Source: Daphnia carinata
Taxonomy: Eukaryota
Reading direction: 5' to 3'
Length of the DNA stretch: 64,000 nucleotides
Assembly (NCBI RefSeq): GCF_022539665.2
Contig: NC_081332.1
Span: forward strand, 558,001-622,000
The position numbers were made by a program, and so were the translations under genes. Positions 1-14,200 of this stretch are shown piece by piece (position 1 is the stretch's first letter; each line of letters starts with the position of its first letter). Under the pieces are notes generated by a model. The model saw only the letters and a program-made list of their open reading frames with translations. It had not been told where the DNA came from and did not search any database.

Positions 1-3000
1 TTGTTGTCGACGAATTTTTTAAAGAGAAATCAGACTGGAGCCATCAGGTTAAATTTCCAAATTGTACAAAGAACAATCTTATTTTCAACAATACCCCAAT
101 CGTTATCGTCGATACTTTTAAAGTATTAATACCATTAAAGTCGATACGTCTAAGTTTTAAGATGAGCATGCCCATTTAACCAACGTTATTCGTCAATCAA
201 TACCGGACGTAAGGCCATGGATCTCCCATTTGTTGCTGGCGCTCTGCGCCTTGTTAGCGAGATCGCGTCGCCAGTTGTGGTAAAGAGATTCGTTAACATG
301 TACTTTATAAGGATTACAATTGGTTAACATCACCTCGTTCATCTAGAGAATTCCCAGAAATGTTGGTTATTTTAAAGCGATTATGGAAACTATAGTTGAC
401 ATCGTTGGATGCTCCAAAAAAGAGTTAAGGCAACTAGTTTTTAAAGGCCTTGACCAGGAAACAAGAAATAATAATAAAAATGAGAAAAAAAAGATAGACT
501 ATGTTGCTTGTTATGAAAGCTTTTAGTCGAAAAATAATTTGATGGGTGAGAAACTTGCGAGAAGTTATCTCGGGAAACGTCAGACATCAGCGTAAGCTTC
601 GAAAGTTTGATACAGGAACATGAATGCGTTCTAAACCCGTCACTTTGTTTTGAGACATACTTGTTTGTTTTGCAAACGATTCGTCCTTTTTTGAAAACTT
701 ATCGTCTTTCTCGTCAAATTTTAATGGCCGGTCGTGTTAAGGCTCATACATCTCGGTCTCTTAACAAAGGCTATCAACAAAGATCTTCGTATTTATATCA
801 CATTACCCTATCCTAAACGTACACCTTTGCTCGAAATGAAATCGTTTGCAGATCTCGCGTATTGAAACGTATAGATGAGCTAAATCGTACATCAAATAAG
901 CATTGTTTGTTAACTGTAGTAGTCAGGGGTAAGTCAGCCATAAACGGGAAAATGACCACCGTTGTTTCCTCAATTTCCGTATTCTCTGCGCGTCATATTG
1001 ACAACGTCAAATAGTATATACAAGCAGGAGAAACATTTACTATAGGTAACTTACGTTAGGTACCAATCCCTTCTTAACTTCCCTTGCAATAGAAGCGGTT
1101 CCTTCGTTAATCTTTCGTACGAAGAAAGATTGACAAAATATTAGTGTACGTCTACGCCCCAACAAAAGCGTTGCATAAGAATAGACGTTATAGAAGCTAC
1201 CAGATTATTATTTTTCGTCGTCTAATCTTCTTTCTTTACCTACGCTCTTTTCTTTTCACTCGCCCTCGTGTCTCGCTTGCCCTGCTGCCTCCTCCCTCTT
1301 AACCTTTCTTTTTGATTTCTTTTTTTCTGTTTTTTTTCTTTCTTTTATGCATTTTTTTAAGCACACAGTTGTGCCAGTCAATATTTGGCAAAGAGTGTTG
1401 TCATGACGACGTCTTTTTTTTGTGTGTGTGTGTGTGTTATTGTTGTTGAAGAAGAACAGTATTGTACATCGTAAAAAGTCGGATGAAGATGACTCGTTCG
1501 AGAGCGAACGAAGAAACTGGTTGGTTGCCATAGCGATTACATTTCCTCTCCGACTTTTCAGTCCGTCTTCCTATTGGTCCTTATGGCCCAGCGAGGGTGT
1601 TAACCTGTCTCCGTATTTTGCCTGCTAATAGTTATTGTTGATCGAAAAAAAAAATCTACAACAATGCGATTCAAGTCCATTCGCAGCAAAACGAGAGAAA
1701 GAGAAAAAAAAAAAGAAGAATTAAAAAAAAAAAGAAGAAAAAAAAAAGGAAAAGAAAACGACGACGGGTGTGTATTCAAGCATAAAGCAAGGCGTATAAG
1801 CCCTCAGAGCACGGCGTATGCTATAGAAAGATTCCGTGTTGGATTGAGACACTTGTCACGTCGTTGGACGTTACCAAAGATAACACAGAAAGCAATCAGA
1901 CTAAAGCATTTCCTTTTTTTTTTGGCATTTCACAGTTTTCACCATCGAGCTCGATCTCTTTCACTCAAACAACCTTTAACATTGGCTTCAAAACATTAGA
2001 AGGCGACAAAATAAACTTTAAAACAGGGTTTCAGTAAGCGGGTGTGTAATGATCATATGTGTGATTTCCGTAGACTGTCGTCAACACAACTCTAGCAGAC
2101 GTAACGAAAAATAAAAATAAAAGTGTTTAAAGTTTTGTCGATCAGACGGTCTATTGTTTCCTTCTATTCTAGCAAGTAAAAGGACCCGTAAAGATATACT
2201 CTCGCCGGAATGTTGAATATTCAAGACCTCGCTATATGCGGTGGCTAGTGTGATCGTGAAATTCAAATGCTAGGCACCAACACAGCCCGGAATAAATGGC
2301 ATTCGCAATATCTTTCGAGCATATTGATCGTAGATAACGAAGATCGAATTTGTCGCGCCCAATTGGAAAATCGACGTTAACAGAAACATCAAATATTCAA
2401 CTGGTAAGAATCATTCGTTGGCTGCGGGCGCACATCAACATCGATTTTTTGGGTGTGGGTTTTACATGGTGGGCCATATAAAAATAGAATTTATCGGCTT
2501 TCACACCGCCCCTAAATTAAACATGGCAAGTCTGAAGAAATCCAAATTAGAAAGACACAACTATATGGAAGTTAAACAAAAAATCCAATACCGTAGGTTG
2601 AGTGGAAAATACGTTGCAGCTGAATTGCTGGAAATAACTAAAAGGGATGTATATATACGTTTTTTTTTTTGCGGGGGGGGGGATGGTAGAATACCTTAAG
2701 CGCGGGCTTATACCATAAAAATCGTAGTTTTTCATTTCTTTTGTTTCTTAACCCTCCCATTTTTATCATTTCCTAAAACTTTGCACTTGGTTTTCTCTAC
2801 TCGTGACTATATAGGCCTGTATCGAATGTGACCCCGCAACAAGGCGCCGACTGTGTGGCCAAATAGATTCGACTTGCATATCCTTACAATAAGTATATAT
2901 TTTTCCCTGTATTTGTTTCGGCAAGTTTTGATTTCAAAACATTTCTCTGACTAGACGACGACATTTGTATCTAGTTGTTAGGATGCGATCGTTTTTCTTT

Positions 3001-6000
3001 ATTAATTTGGCCAATGTGTTTACTACAGCAAAAAAAGACGCATTTTTCCGGAGAAACGTACTCGGATGCCCTTTCTGGATAAGGGTGTGGGCGGTCGTTG
3101 TATCCACCAGCAGTAGGAAATAATGCATCAAAAAGTAATAATGCATCGTCTCGATTTGTTTGTGTTTAGTTGTACGATCTTTCGTCCTCTCGTAGTCTTT
3201 CTTTATCTCGTCAAGGATGCTGTCAAACTTGCTGAAATGAAGACGCTTCGGCAACGAAAATGTTGTGTATCTCGAATGAGCTCGCCCGTTTCTTTCGTGG
3301 ACGATGTATTGAATGCAAGCCAGCACACGTAGGCCTAAAAGTATAAGGCAACCAAATGCTTTTAAATTCTATGTATCATCGAACAGCAGGTTTCTCTTTC
3401 CCTTTTGTGCGGCCACTTGCTTTATTCCAAACCAGAATAGGCTAGCGGTAGGAGGTCCTTCTTCTGTATGCATACATACCTTGTTTTCCTTTTTCTTTGA
3501 AGTTTTTTTTCTTTTTTTTCCCTTTTTTTTTGTTTTTGTTTTTTGTTTCTTGTTTTTTTGTTTTTTTTCCTTGTTTTTTTTTCTTTGTTTTTTTCTGTTG
3601 TGTATTTATATCCAAGTTTGGATACGTTTATGTACACACCGATTTCGTCGTTCTTGGGTGTTGCGTTTTTCAAGAGGCAACACGAAAATGGATGTAAAGA
3701 AGTTCTCAAATATTCAATGTCCAACTCTGAATTTTAAAAGGATGGCTAAAATACAATAAAGTCATGGCAAGTGCGCCGGTGTTGTATAGCTTTATATCTA
3801 GCAACCGATAAGAGCAGTTGATCATTGGTAAAACTAAACTTCAACCTGTAATCCGTTAAAAATCGTTCAGATATTCGGCATCGTACAGAGTAGAAGGGAG
3901 TCCAGATTATGGAGAAACTCCATATTTCGAATTATTTTTCATTATAAGTTACGTTGAATGGTTAAAATTCTCGTATTTCTAGGCTGCACGATCGAGACGT
4001 TACAAGTTGAAAGACACTCATACAGTGTGAAGGCAGTTTTGTTCAGAGGTTTAGTCTACGTAGAATACTGAAGCTGTTGGACACCCGCAGACCATCAGAC
4101 GCTACCGACAACAGAAGTCCCGTAATTCGAGGAGTTGAAAACTTCAGAAGTTCAGATACCTTTTTCTTTCCTTCCTCTCTTTTTTCTTTTTTTTTTATTT
4201 CTCTCTCTCTTTTTCTGCTTCTTTCTAAATCGCAGCTTCGTGTCACTGTGGGAGTTCGCCTCGACTCCGTCGCCACAGGAGATCACGGGCGTCTTTATAC
4301 ATCTAGGCAGCTTCCTTTTTCTCCCCTCCAATGCTGCTGTTTCCCTGCAACGCAAACTTAACTATACCTTTACATGTTAAGATTTTTGTTTCTGATTTTT
4401 TTTTTTTTTTTTGATAGAAGATATTCTTCGATTAAGCGAACCAAAGACAAAACTGATGTTCAATTTTCCCCCTAAAAAATATTCGACTGGTAGCTTTCTT
4501 AACTCTTGTGTAAAACGAAGATTTTCTTTTCTGGATAGACGCTGAATGGCATCGGAAAAAAAAAACTTGGGTGTTGCCGCAGTTTGAAACATGACCGGTT
4601 CTCTCTAGTCTGAACTTTTTCGATTCTAAAACGAAAAAAAAGGAAAAAATTTCATTCTTTATGACGGCTATATTTCCAGATATATTCACGAGTGCTTCTG
4701 ACGCTCACGTGGACTACTGATTTACTTTATTTCTTTCTTTTTTTTCTGACTGATTTTCAGTCTTTCTTTTTTTTTTTTATCTAAGGTTTGTTTTGCCTCA
4801 GCAGCGTTACTAGTTTTGAGAGCTCTGACTTTGCTACGCGGACGTCGTGAACGGATGCAGTGAACAACGACATTACGTATAGACGAAAGAGCACCCGTGG
4901 CTATTTATTCATGTTCAAATTGCTTGTATAAGTACATCGCACACACACATACACACACACGCATCCCCCCCACGCAAAGTGAGAATTGGAACGGCTAACG
5001 AAATTGTCCTTGCTCGCTCTGGCTTGTCGTTTGGATAGGAAGTTATTTACCCGTGTGCCCCTCAAATCTAACGCAAAACTGGATAATCTCGTTGAGCCTT
5101 TTAGTCGACTAGGTGAGGGCGCCATATTGTAATTCTCTTATCAAAACTCAACGTCATAATGATATTTGCATGAAGGGCTGTTGTAGAGGAAACAGTTGTG
5201 ATGCTTGGCAATGGTAATCATGCGGACCAGCCATTGCTCGTCAAGCCCGGACCTTTTTGCGAGACTGTCTCCCCTTTGGCCATCAACGCGCTCGCCAACT
5301 TCGTTATACCTGTGATTTGAAATTCTCGACTCTCTTCGCCTTTCTGCTGTCTGTCCATAAGTCAGTCAACTGCGAAGGAAGACGGACAGAATAACAAGTC
5401 ATTTGCATAATAGAACGTGAAGCCGTACACGTGTTTCAAATACGCTTCATCCATTTCTCTTTTTTCGGGATTTTTTTTTTTCTCTATTTTTGATTTTGAT
5501 TTCTTTTTTTCCTCCCTGCGATTTGTGTGTGAAATGTGTGGGTTGATGTTTTTTTTGTTATTCCTCAAAATGTGTCAAAGATTCATAAGAACCCGTGTCA
5601 CCGAACCTCTCCTGTATTAGGATGGCTCTGATTTGACAGCCACGCTCTTCAAGGAGGAGAACTTTTTGATCATGAGGGTTTACTTGGTTCTTCTTTTTTT
5701 TTTTTTTTTTCTCAACTCGTCCTGATAGCTTTCCGTTTTTCCAGTACTCGGGGTTCCGCTTTTAAGATTTATATAACTGTTATTTTCGGCACTTTACAAC
5801 AGAGGAAGAGGGAGTGAGAGAGTCGGTCCGGTCCGTGACGGTCGGCCTTTTCTCTTAAAGAAGGGGGAAAAAAAAACCTGTCCTAGTTTGTAAGTCAGAA
5901 ACAAAGAAAAAAAAAAAGGAAAAACGAAACAAACTAGCGAGTTCAGTTCCTAAAAGATATATTGGTTAGCGGTGATTGTGGGTCAGAGGTTAGAAAAGAA

Positions 6001-9000
6001 AAAGAAAAGAAAAAGAAAAAAAAGGAGTCGCTTCCCATCTGCTGACCATCAACAGATGCTTACCGAAATTGCAGGATCTATGGACGCGAGGTACTCCTTC
6101 AAAAATGACTAAATATACGCAACACTCGATACACTATCATTCGAAATCTTAGATTTCTTTCCTGTTGCCTACATTTGATGGTGGGCATGCCTCACATGGG
6201 TCTATTTCCTCGTTATGTTCCGGTCTTCATTCAAACCGTTATTTCATATCATTTCGACGCGATGTCGATACAAACCACGTATAGACTCAGATTCGCCTGA
6301 TGCAGTTGTCCCGACTTGCGTTCTCTACGGCAACAACATGTAGGCAAGGGCTGTCGTTGGAGGAAACAAAAGGGGGTGGTAAACATCGAGGAACCTTCGA
6401 TGTTTGGAAGTTGCCTGTGTGTGTGTTGGAGGGAAGAAAAAAAAATCTACACAAGGTTGTAGCACATAAAAAAGTGAGCCAAGGGTCCATTAATCACCGG
6501 CAGTGATGGCCTTTGAGTCCATAGCGACCAGGCAAGTCGGCACTCAGTGGGAAACCATTTCTTGACCCACTCGTCGACCGATATACTGAAGGGGAGAAAA
6601 AAAAAGTTCATTTTTATACCTTTCTCCCCCCATTTTTTTTTTTTTTTTTTTTGAAAAACCCCTCCTTTTGGGTTCACCCGACATCTCCTTGCGATCGCTG
6701 TGAAATACAAAAACGAAAAGAACGGGGCACTTATTCATGCTTACACTGAAGTGACGAAAGCTATCAGCCAAATTCGTGTCAACATCTACTAACGAGTACA
6801 CGAAAAGGGACAACAAAGAAATGTATGAAAATGTCACGTTAGAATTGCAAGAAAAGGCCATTTTCCCATACTGTGTACGTCTGACGACCTATCGAGAGCG
6901 GATTTGCTAGAATAGGGAATGAAAAATTGCATTTCATGTCCACGTAACAGAAGCGACTATAGTTCGGTCTTCTTCTACGTCTACGAACAGAGCACCACCC
7001 ACTTTGTCCATAGTATCAACTGTCATCTTTCATGATTGTCTGCTTTTTAAGTCTGTTAAAAATAGCATGAGAATGGTTGCACGGTTCCTCGGAAAAGATC
7101 GTCGGCGAAGCTAATCATCCACCCGGGCAATCGAAACGAATTCATCTCTCTTCCATGCTGCACAGCCCCCTGTGCGAATGGTTGCTGCTCCTCTGTACGT
7201 ATATATATACAAGAGCGCAACTACAGAGGAAGGATGTGAGGTGGAGGGGAAGAGAGGATTGCAGCCATAACATGGGAGGAGGGAGATTGTGGGTGAGCTT
7301 ATTACGAATCGCCGGGCTGGAAAATCGTTATCGGTCTCCACAAATCGCTCAGGGTGCCACCCCTCCCTTGCAACAGCACGCATCACGCAGCACACAAACA
7401 CATCAACTTTTCCCTTTTCCTTTTTTTTTTTCTTTTTTCTTTTTTCTTTTTTTTTTTTTGTGACTTGACTGCTGTTTCACTAGACACTATCTACACGCCC
7501 GATCTCTTTTTTTTCTCTCTCTTTCTCTTTGATTTACTAGATCTTCACAGTGTATCACGAAACTTTTAGTAACACTTCTTTTCCCCTTCGCTTTAAATGG
7601 GTGGAACGGAAACAAAAAAAAAAAGGTGTAAACTTTGTTTTTGCAGTGATACATTTTTTTTTGAACTCTTTGTTATATATGGCGAAGGCTTCACGTTTTC
7701 AACTTGTTCACGCGGCTCCATCAGCTGTACAAGCCTGGAGTTTTCGTGACTTTCGCTCCTAAGATATTTTCACACAACTCATAGATTAGGCAATTATGGC
7801 TGGCGATAAGGTGGGCATTGTTGCTCTAGAGAACTGGACGACGTCTATTGTGTGCAGTCTATTTCAAAGTCTTTCTGATGTCTTTTACCCATTCGTGAAG
7901 GTCAAATTGTGTCTTTGGGCAGCGTCTCCTCGATGTGTCTTTTTTTTCCTTCCTTTTATTTTTTTGGCCTCTCATCTTCCCCAATCGATATCAAACCGAA
8001 AACTTGCCCAAATCGCGTTTTGCGGTTGCCTTCCTTCGTAGATTGAGTTTTGGAACCCTATTACATACGTGATTTTTCCGCTTCCACATCCCACTCTCAT
8101 CTTACAGATGGAGCATCACCAATCCAAAAATATCTAATAACAGTTGCCAGGAAAAGACGCATTTGCGTTAACCTTAAAATGATTCGAGGAAAAAAAGTTG
8201 GCATTTGATTTCTTATGCTTTTTACCATCTCAGTCCACCTTTAATAAGACATCACACATAGTTTAATTAGAAATCAACTCAGTTGTTTGAACAATGTGAC
8301 ATCTGATTTGACATGATTGGGGACGAAATGGATCGATCTGTGGCCTCATCATATCATGTGCCAAAGAATGCCGTTTAATTTGAAATTGTCACCTAGTTAT
8401 GCTAATTTCATGTGTCAAAAATACTGCGTATGCATCATAGGGCGCTACCAAAATGCAAGTTACGCATTGCTGTAAATGATCGAACCTTGCGGGCATATTT
8501 GTCAATTTGCTCGTCATGGAAGATATTCGTTGAGTGAGTTTGAGGTGGCGATTGCATTAAACCGACCCCACTGCCATAAAAATAATATTAGAATTGTACG
8601 CAGAAGATAATCCGTCTAAAGCCTAGCTAACACAAGAACGCAGCCTTGCTTTAAAAAATTGTAAAAAGCTATGAAACGTGTTAAGGACTTTTAGAACTTC
8701 GAGTTCACACCTTCCTTTTTGTGTTAGATAAACTTTTTAATGATTTTTTGTTGTTGTGTTTTATTTAGGGTCTTTAAAACAGCAATATATATATACCATA
8801 TTTATATATCTTAAAACCTCCGTCAAGCTTAAATATCCCACGTTTTTTTTTTTAGTATTTAGCAAATGAGAACAAACAAATTTTCAATGAAAGAAGATTT
8901 GCTAATAAAACAGAGCTTATTTCGCGCTGTGTTTTGTTGTGCAATTTCCGACATTTTGTGGTGTGAACGAAAGCAAAAAAAGGTTACATTTTCCCGTCAT

Positions 9001-11174
9001 TTTTCTTTTCAGATTTTTAAAGAGTTTTTTCTTGCTTTTAAACAACGTCTTAGTGTGTAAACTAGTCTCCAAAAAGATGTTGTAAAAAATAAGGTAAAAG
9101 GAAAAAAAAAAGGAAAACTACGTAACAATTACACATGAGGGGCTAACATAACATTGAACAATCGTTTGTGATTTCCCGATCTGAAATTCGTAACAGTTGG
9201 TGGCATTTTATATGAGAGCACTTGTTCACTGCACTCCAGGGACTATTCCTCTTGTTCATGTTGATTGATCTTTTTCATGTCCCCTCATCTTTCTATCACT
9301 GCCGGTTCTGCACCATATAGGGTTGTGGTGGTGGGGGGGCGCGGTGGTAAAGCATTTCTCAGTTTCTCTCCACCCCCTCGAAAACAGGACGATTTGTATG
9401 TTACACCATACATATATGTATATACATGGGTGGGTTAACACCCATAAAAAAGTAACGACGCATCACCCGTTCTAAGGGAAATATATACAGTGTTACAAAG
9501 GTCATCGCTTTTCCTTCCAAGTACTTTCTAAAAAAAATTATTATTTTCCTTTTTTTTTTTTTGTGTGATTTCTTTTTCTCGTCAGAGTAAGTTTAATTAG
9601 TGATTTCAAACGAATGACAAAAACAATGAATGCGACTTGATTGAACAATTTTTGCAAGTCGAATTCAAGCGACTGTTGAACCGCAATCTGGCGCTACTCC
9701 TGGATTTCGAAGCGGGTAAAACAGCGATCGCAGCGAAATAAGTATTTTAATTGAAGTTTGGCTAGAAAAACAAATGTGCGCACACCAGCCAATGAAGTTA
9801 TTTTAATTGCCTGCTACAGATAAATTTGCGATCTTCTTGGTTTAACGTCGTCACCCACGCGCGCGTGCAAAACAAAAACGCAAACAAAAACGGTGATGAG
9901 AATAAACGCGGATAGTCGATAAACGTAGCTTATATAAGAAAATCGTTGTTTTGGCAATCAGACATAATATTATCGGTCGATTTATTTCCTGCCAAAATGA
10001 GGTTTAGTTCATCAGCGGGACGTAAATAGCAATTTCCCGATAGAAGACACGTTTACAAGCACTGGCTGGCATTGTACAGACATATAGTCTATATCCCTAA
10101 TGTCAATTTCCTACGGCCGGCCTCTACATCAATAGCGCACAACAAAAGGAAGCAGGAAGTAGAACATGGGGCAATAATGCCGTTTACGTTCACCCTTAGT
10201 TTTGGGGCAACGCATTGGCCGTTGTAGACACAATCGTTTCGTTTCCTCATCCGCCGTTCCGCTTGAACTATCGATGACCACCGCGCAGCTAGCGCTCGAA
10301 ACCAAATCGGAAAACAATCACTCTGCTTTGATGGATGTTGCAAACAGCATCTTGGCGAGGTCAAAACGACAACTATATTACAAAGGTTGTTATGTAAATT
10401 TGATCAATCAAAAAAAGTTTTATACGTAGAGGTGGGAAACGGGGCCCTTCTTTCGTTTTGTTGTTCCTAAAAATCTCTCGGTTAAAAGAGAACAAAGTGA
10501 TAATAAAAGATGGCGTAAGATTATTGGCGAAGGCAGGTACCCAAAAAAGAAAACGAGGAGGTGGAGAAGAAGAAAAAATAAATAAAGAGAAAAAAAAAAG
10601 GAAAAAAAGAAGAAGAAGAAAAAAAAGAAGGAAAGTGCTGAGGCTTTGGGATCCGATGGGGCCGAGGGTTTTTCGAGACTCTAAGGAGAGGAGTAAATGA
10701 GTTGGTGCGAAGCGTCTCATTATGGGAGGCCATCACCGTCAGCTTTGGTCGGGACCATAAGGACACAATTTATGTTCTTTTTTACACCCTCCGACAAAAA
10801 AACCGGTTTCAGGGTTCTCTCCAAAACTTTGCTGCTTCATAAAACATTTTTCATTCTTTTATTTTTAGAACGCAGAAGCAAGAGGAGGAGAAGGTAATAC
10901 AGCCCAAGTGTTCTTTTGGCCTTTTTTCTTCTTCATTTTCATTTTTAACGCTGTAGGTTACAACTTACAACGCGTTCCGTCCAATTCGTTTAGTTCTCGA
11001 GCCGCTTGTTTTTCTTTTCTTTCCCGACTCTTCTTCCCTTTTGTTTTATTTCATTTTGTTTTGTTTTTTTCTTTCTTCTTTTTTTTTGTGTGTGTTTCCT
11101 GAGCCCTTTCTTTTAACTTTGTAATATTCTTGTTAAATACTCCTCCCTACAAGTTGATATCTCTCTAGTTGATT

Positions 11175-11176
<2 letters not shown>

Positions 11177-11233
<57 letters not shown>

Positions 11234-11234
11234 C
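11177..11234. repeat. (CA)n microsatellite
   Basis: About 28 AC units with one interruption. Confidence 0.95.
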
Positions 11235-14200
11235 GGCTGAACTGTAGCCATAATCTGGATTTTCGGTATAAATCACGCGCTCAGCAGACCGACCAACCAT
11301 CGGTTCAACCCTCAAATGTGAGTGTTAAGATAAGGGGGAGCAAAGTTGGTTAAAAACTGCCAAAAAATCTAATAACAAATTAGCGTTGGCTATATTCGTA
11401 AAAAGACGAATATGACATACGCAAATGATGCGAAACGGAAGGCTCGCAGCTGACCCATTTAGGTGCGGACAAATTTTAACTATGAAAAAAAGAAAAAATG
11501 AAGTCAAACGTGCTTTTGCCTCATGTAGCTGTCGCTGCTGATGGCCCTAAAATAAAGGTCCTTTTAACGAACATGGCTCGGTCATTTTTGCTGGTGTTGT
11601 TGAATCATTTCTTATGGTCGTCGTCAGGTCAAGACTACCAGTTTCATTTCAGGTTTGAAACAAAGATCCCATATCTCACTCTTTACTTCGGGTAAGAGTC
11701 GCAACAGCCTGACAGTTGAGTTGTATTTTACAACTCAACGTTTTACTTGGTTGAGTTCGAAAAAAAAGCTTATCCCGCACAAGTCGAACATGGCTTTTGA
11801 AAATGCTTCAATTAACAATACTTGCCAGCAACCAATCAGTTGGTACTCGAGCCCACTCTTTATTGCGTTGCGTTCTGTGTTATTTCGAAATGCATAATAT
11901 CACATAATTTATTTGAAACTATTGTTTGAATGGTTTCGTTATCCGACAGATGAAGTGTCAAGAGTTAAAAAGGAAATACCACAAAAGTGATGAGAAATAT
12001 TTTCAGGTGTTCGCATCGCCAAGCTATGCCAAATAAAATGAAGGAAACTTCAAAAAATATATACTGTATAACCAATACAGTACATGGTTAACTGCTTTCG
12101 AGCGATCATGCGCTTTGGCAATCATGCAAAATCAACAAATCGTTTGATCAACAAACGCAATTACAGTAGTGAAGTTTTTGAATGTTGGTTTTCAGGCTGC
12201 TTGTCAGAGTTGTCAGGCACACGACAGCCATTTCATTTCCCTGTATTTCTGTAACTGACTTTTAATTTAGAGCAATTCGTAGTTAGGTCTAGTCGACTAT
12301 TTATAGGTTGGCCAGTTGGCAGTTCGGCTGAAGATTGATAGAAACGGTTGATGTTAGATATGAAACTACTCAACTCTCAAGTCTTAACTGAAAGTTGATC
12401 GAAATAAATCATAGAAAAAAAAAAAAGGAAGAAAAGAATAAATGGGCAAGTTGACTGGAGGAGACCGTTGAACGAATGTAGTGCGAGACTAACCGTTTTG
12501 TATATCCATGGTGATTTCAAGTACATTACGCGGTGAAAAGAAGCGAACGTAGAACGTAACTTACTGCAGAGTCTACCCCCATTGGCCGAAGGATGGATCT
12601 TGTTGTAATACTTCGGAGGAGGGCTGGATGATGGAGTTTTGGTGGTGACAGATCATGTCACGTCAATGGCTAGTCCTCCTCCCCAGGGGTACCTACCTCA
12701 TTTCCCCGACTAAATCGAATCGGACGTGGCTAAGATTGCATGAGAGCAGCAACCTATACATGTAGTGGGGATTTGTGTGTGTGTCTGTGTGTCTGTGTGT
12801 GTGTATGCGTGTGTGTATATGCCTTTTCTCCCTACAGCACCCTATCTCATCTTCTTCCGCACCGTTCCTGAGAGAGCGCATTCGCTCACCCTCTTCTCCT
12901 ACCCTACCCGGCTCCCCTCCAGCCTTCACAAGATCCAACAATTTGATTCCACCCAGATAAACAGTGTTCCTGTGTATTTATACAAGAAGAAACAAGAAAC
13001 AAGGGCTATATCATAGGGTGGTGTAAATGTATTTATAAACAACTATACAGCCTCGATGGATCTATAGCGTAGCTCTATAACTATAGATTGTAGACTTTTG
13101 CGACTGGCGTAACAAAAAAAGTACTCGATAAACACAAGACATCAGCATTTGGATATTGTGCGCATCTAGTGCACGTCGAAAGGTGGGAATTTACGGTAAC
13201 GCCCCCCAAACCGCAACACAAAAACATGTGCTATCGAAAATAGACTATGTAAGTTGGCCGTCAACGATCAGCTGGTAATACATACTGTACTGTATGTATA
13301 CTGTACAGTATATATATAAATATATATTTTTCTCAGAGCCACTTCTCTTTAAAACCTTGTATATTTTGTCATACACCTGTTTCGTTTGAGAAACATTTAG
13401 TTCTTTTCTTCTTCTTTTTTTCGTAAAACGAAACTGGCAACATACAAAGTAGGAGTGTCGCCACCGTAAAGACTAATGGTTCGTGAAGTCCAACGACAGC
13501 CGCCCCTGTTTTGACTGTTTTCATTTCTGGTTCGTGAGACGTTTGCCCAGCCGCAGACCAGGTAGGCGGATCAGGAATATGATTCATTTAATGCTCATTT
13601 GAGTGCGAGGAGCGCAACCAAAAAGAACGCCTACGCACGAAATTTGTATCAATGGCAACAAAAATCGTCTGCAAGTGCATTTGCAGCAGTTGTGAGTTAA
13701 ACCTAATATTATCAACAGTATGTCGCCAGAAGGTTGGTCAATCGCAAAGATGAACAGAAGTAAAAAAAAAAAAATCCCCAGATAAAAAAAAACGCATTTA
13801 TATTGAATCATTCATCGAATATAAAGACCGTCTGTTGCGCAATACTGACCGAACAAGTAGCAAAAAAAAACCTATTCCAATTTGGAGGGGAACACAAAAA
13901 CTGGCAAATGTGTTTAAGACTCTACAATAGGGTCGCACTTGTTGACAAGTGTTTGAAATCACGCCAGTTGATGGCCATCGTTATAGTTTGTTCACTCGAC
14001 ACGTAGCAGAAGGCCCGTCGAAAAAGAGAAAGGGGGAAAAGATCGAAAGAGGAGAGTCTATACCGCAACTCGGAAAAAAAAGAAAAGAAAAATGAAAAGG
14101 AAGAAAGAAAAAAGTCGGCAGCGCGAGTAAAAGTCTGGCCCAAAGGCGAAACCCCCCGTCGAGTCGGCAAAATGAAAACATTTGTCGCATGGCTCGCGCT

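Noticed and set aside
13267..13279. ATCAGCTGGTAAT, partial match to arthropod miR-283
   Set aside because: The 5' seed end does not match and no precursor hairpin is evident
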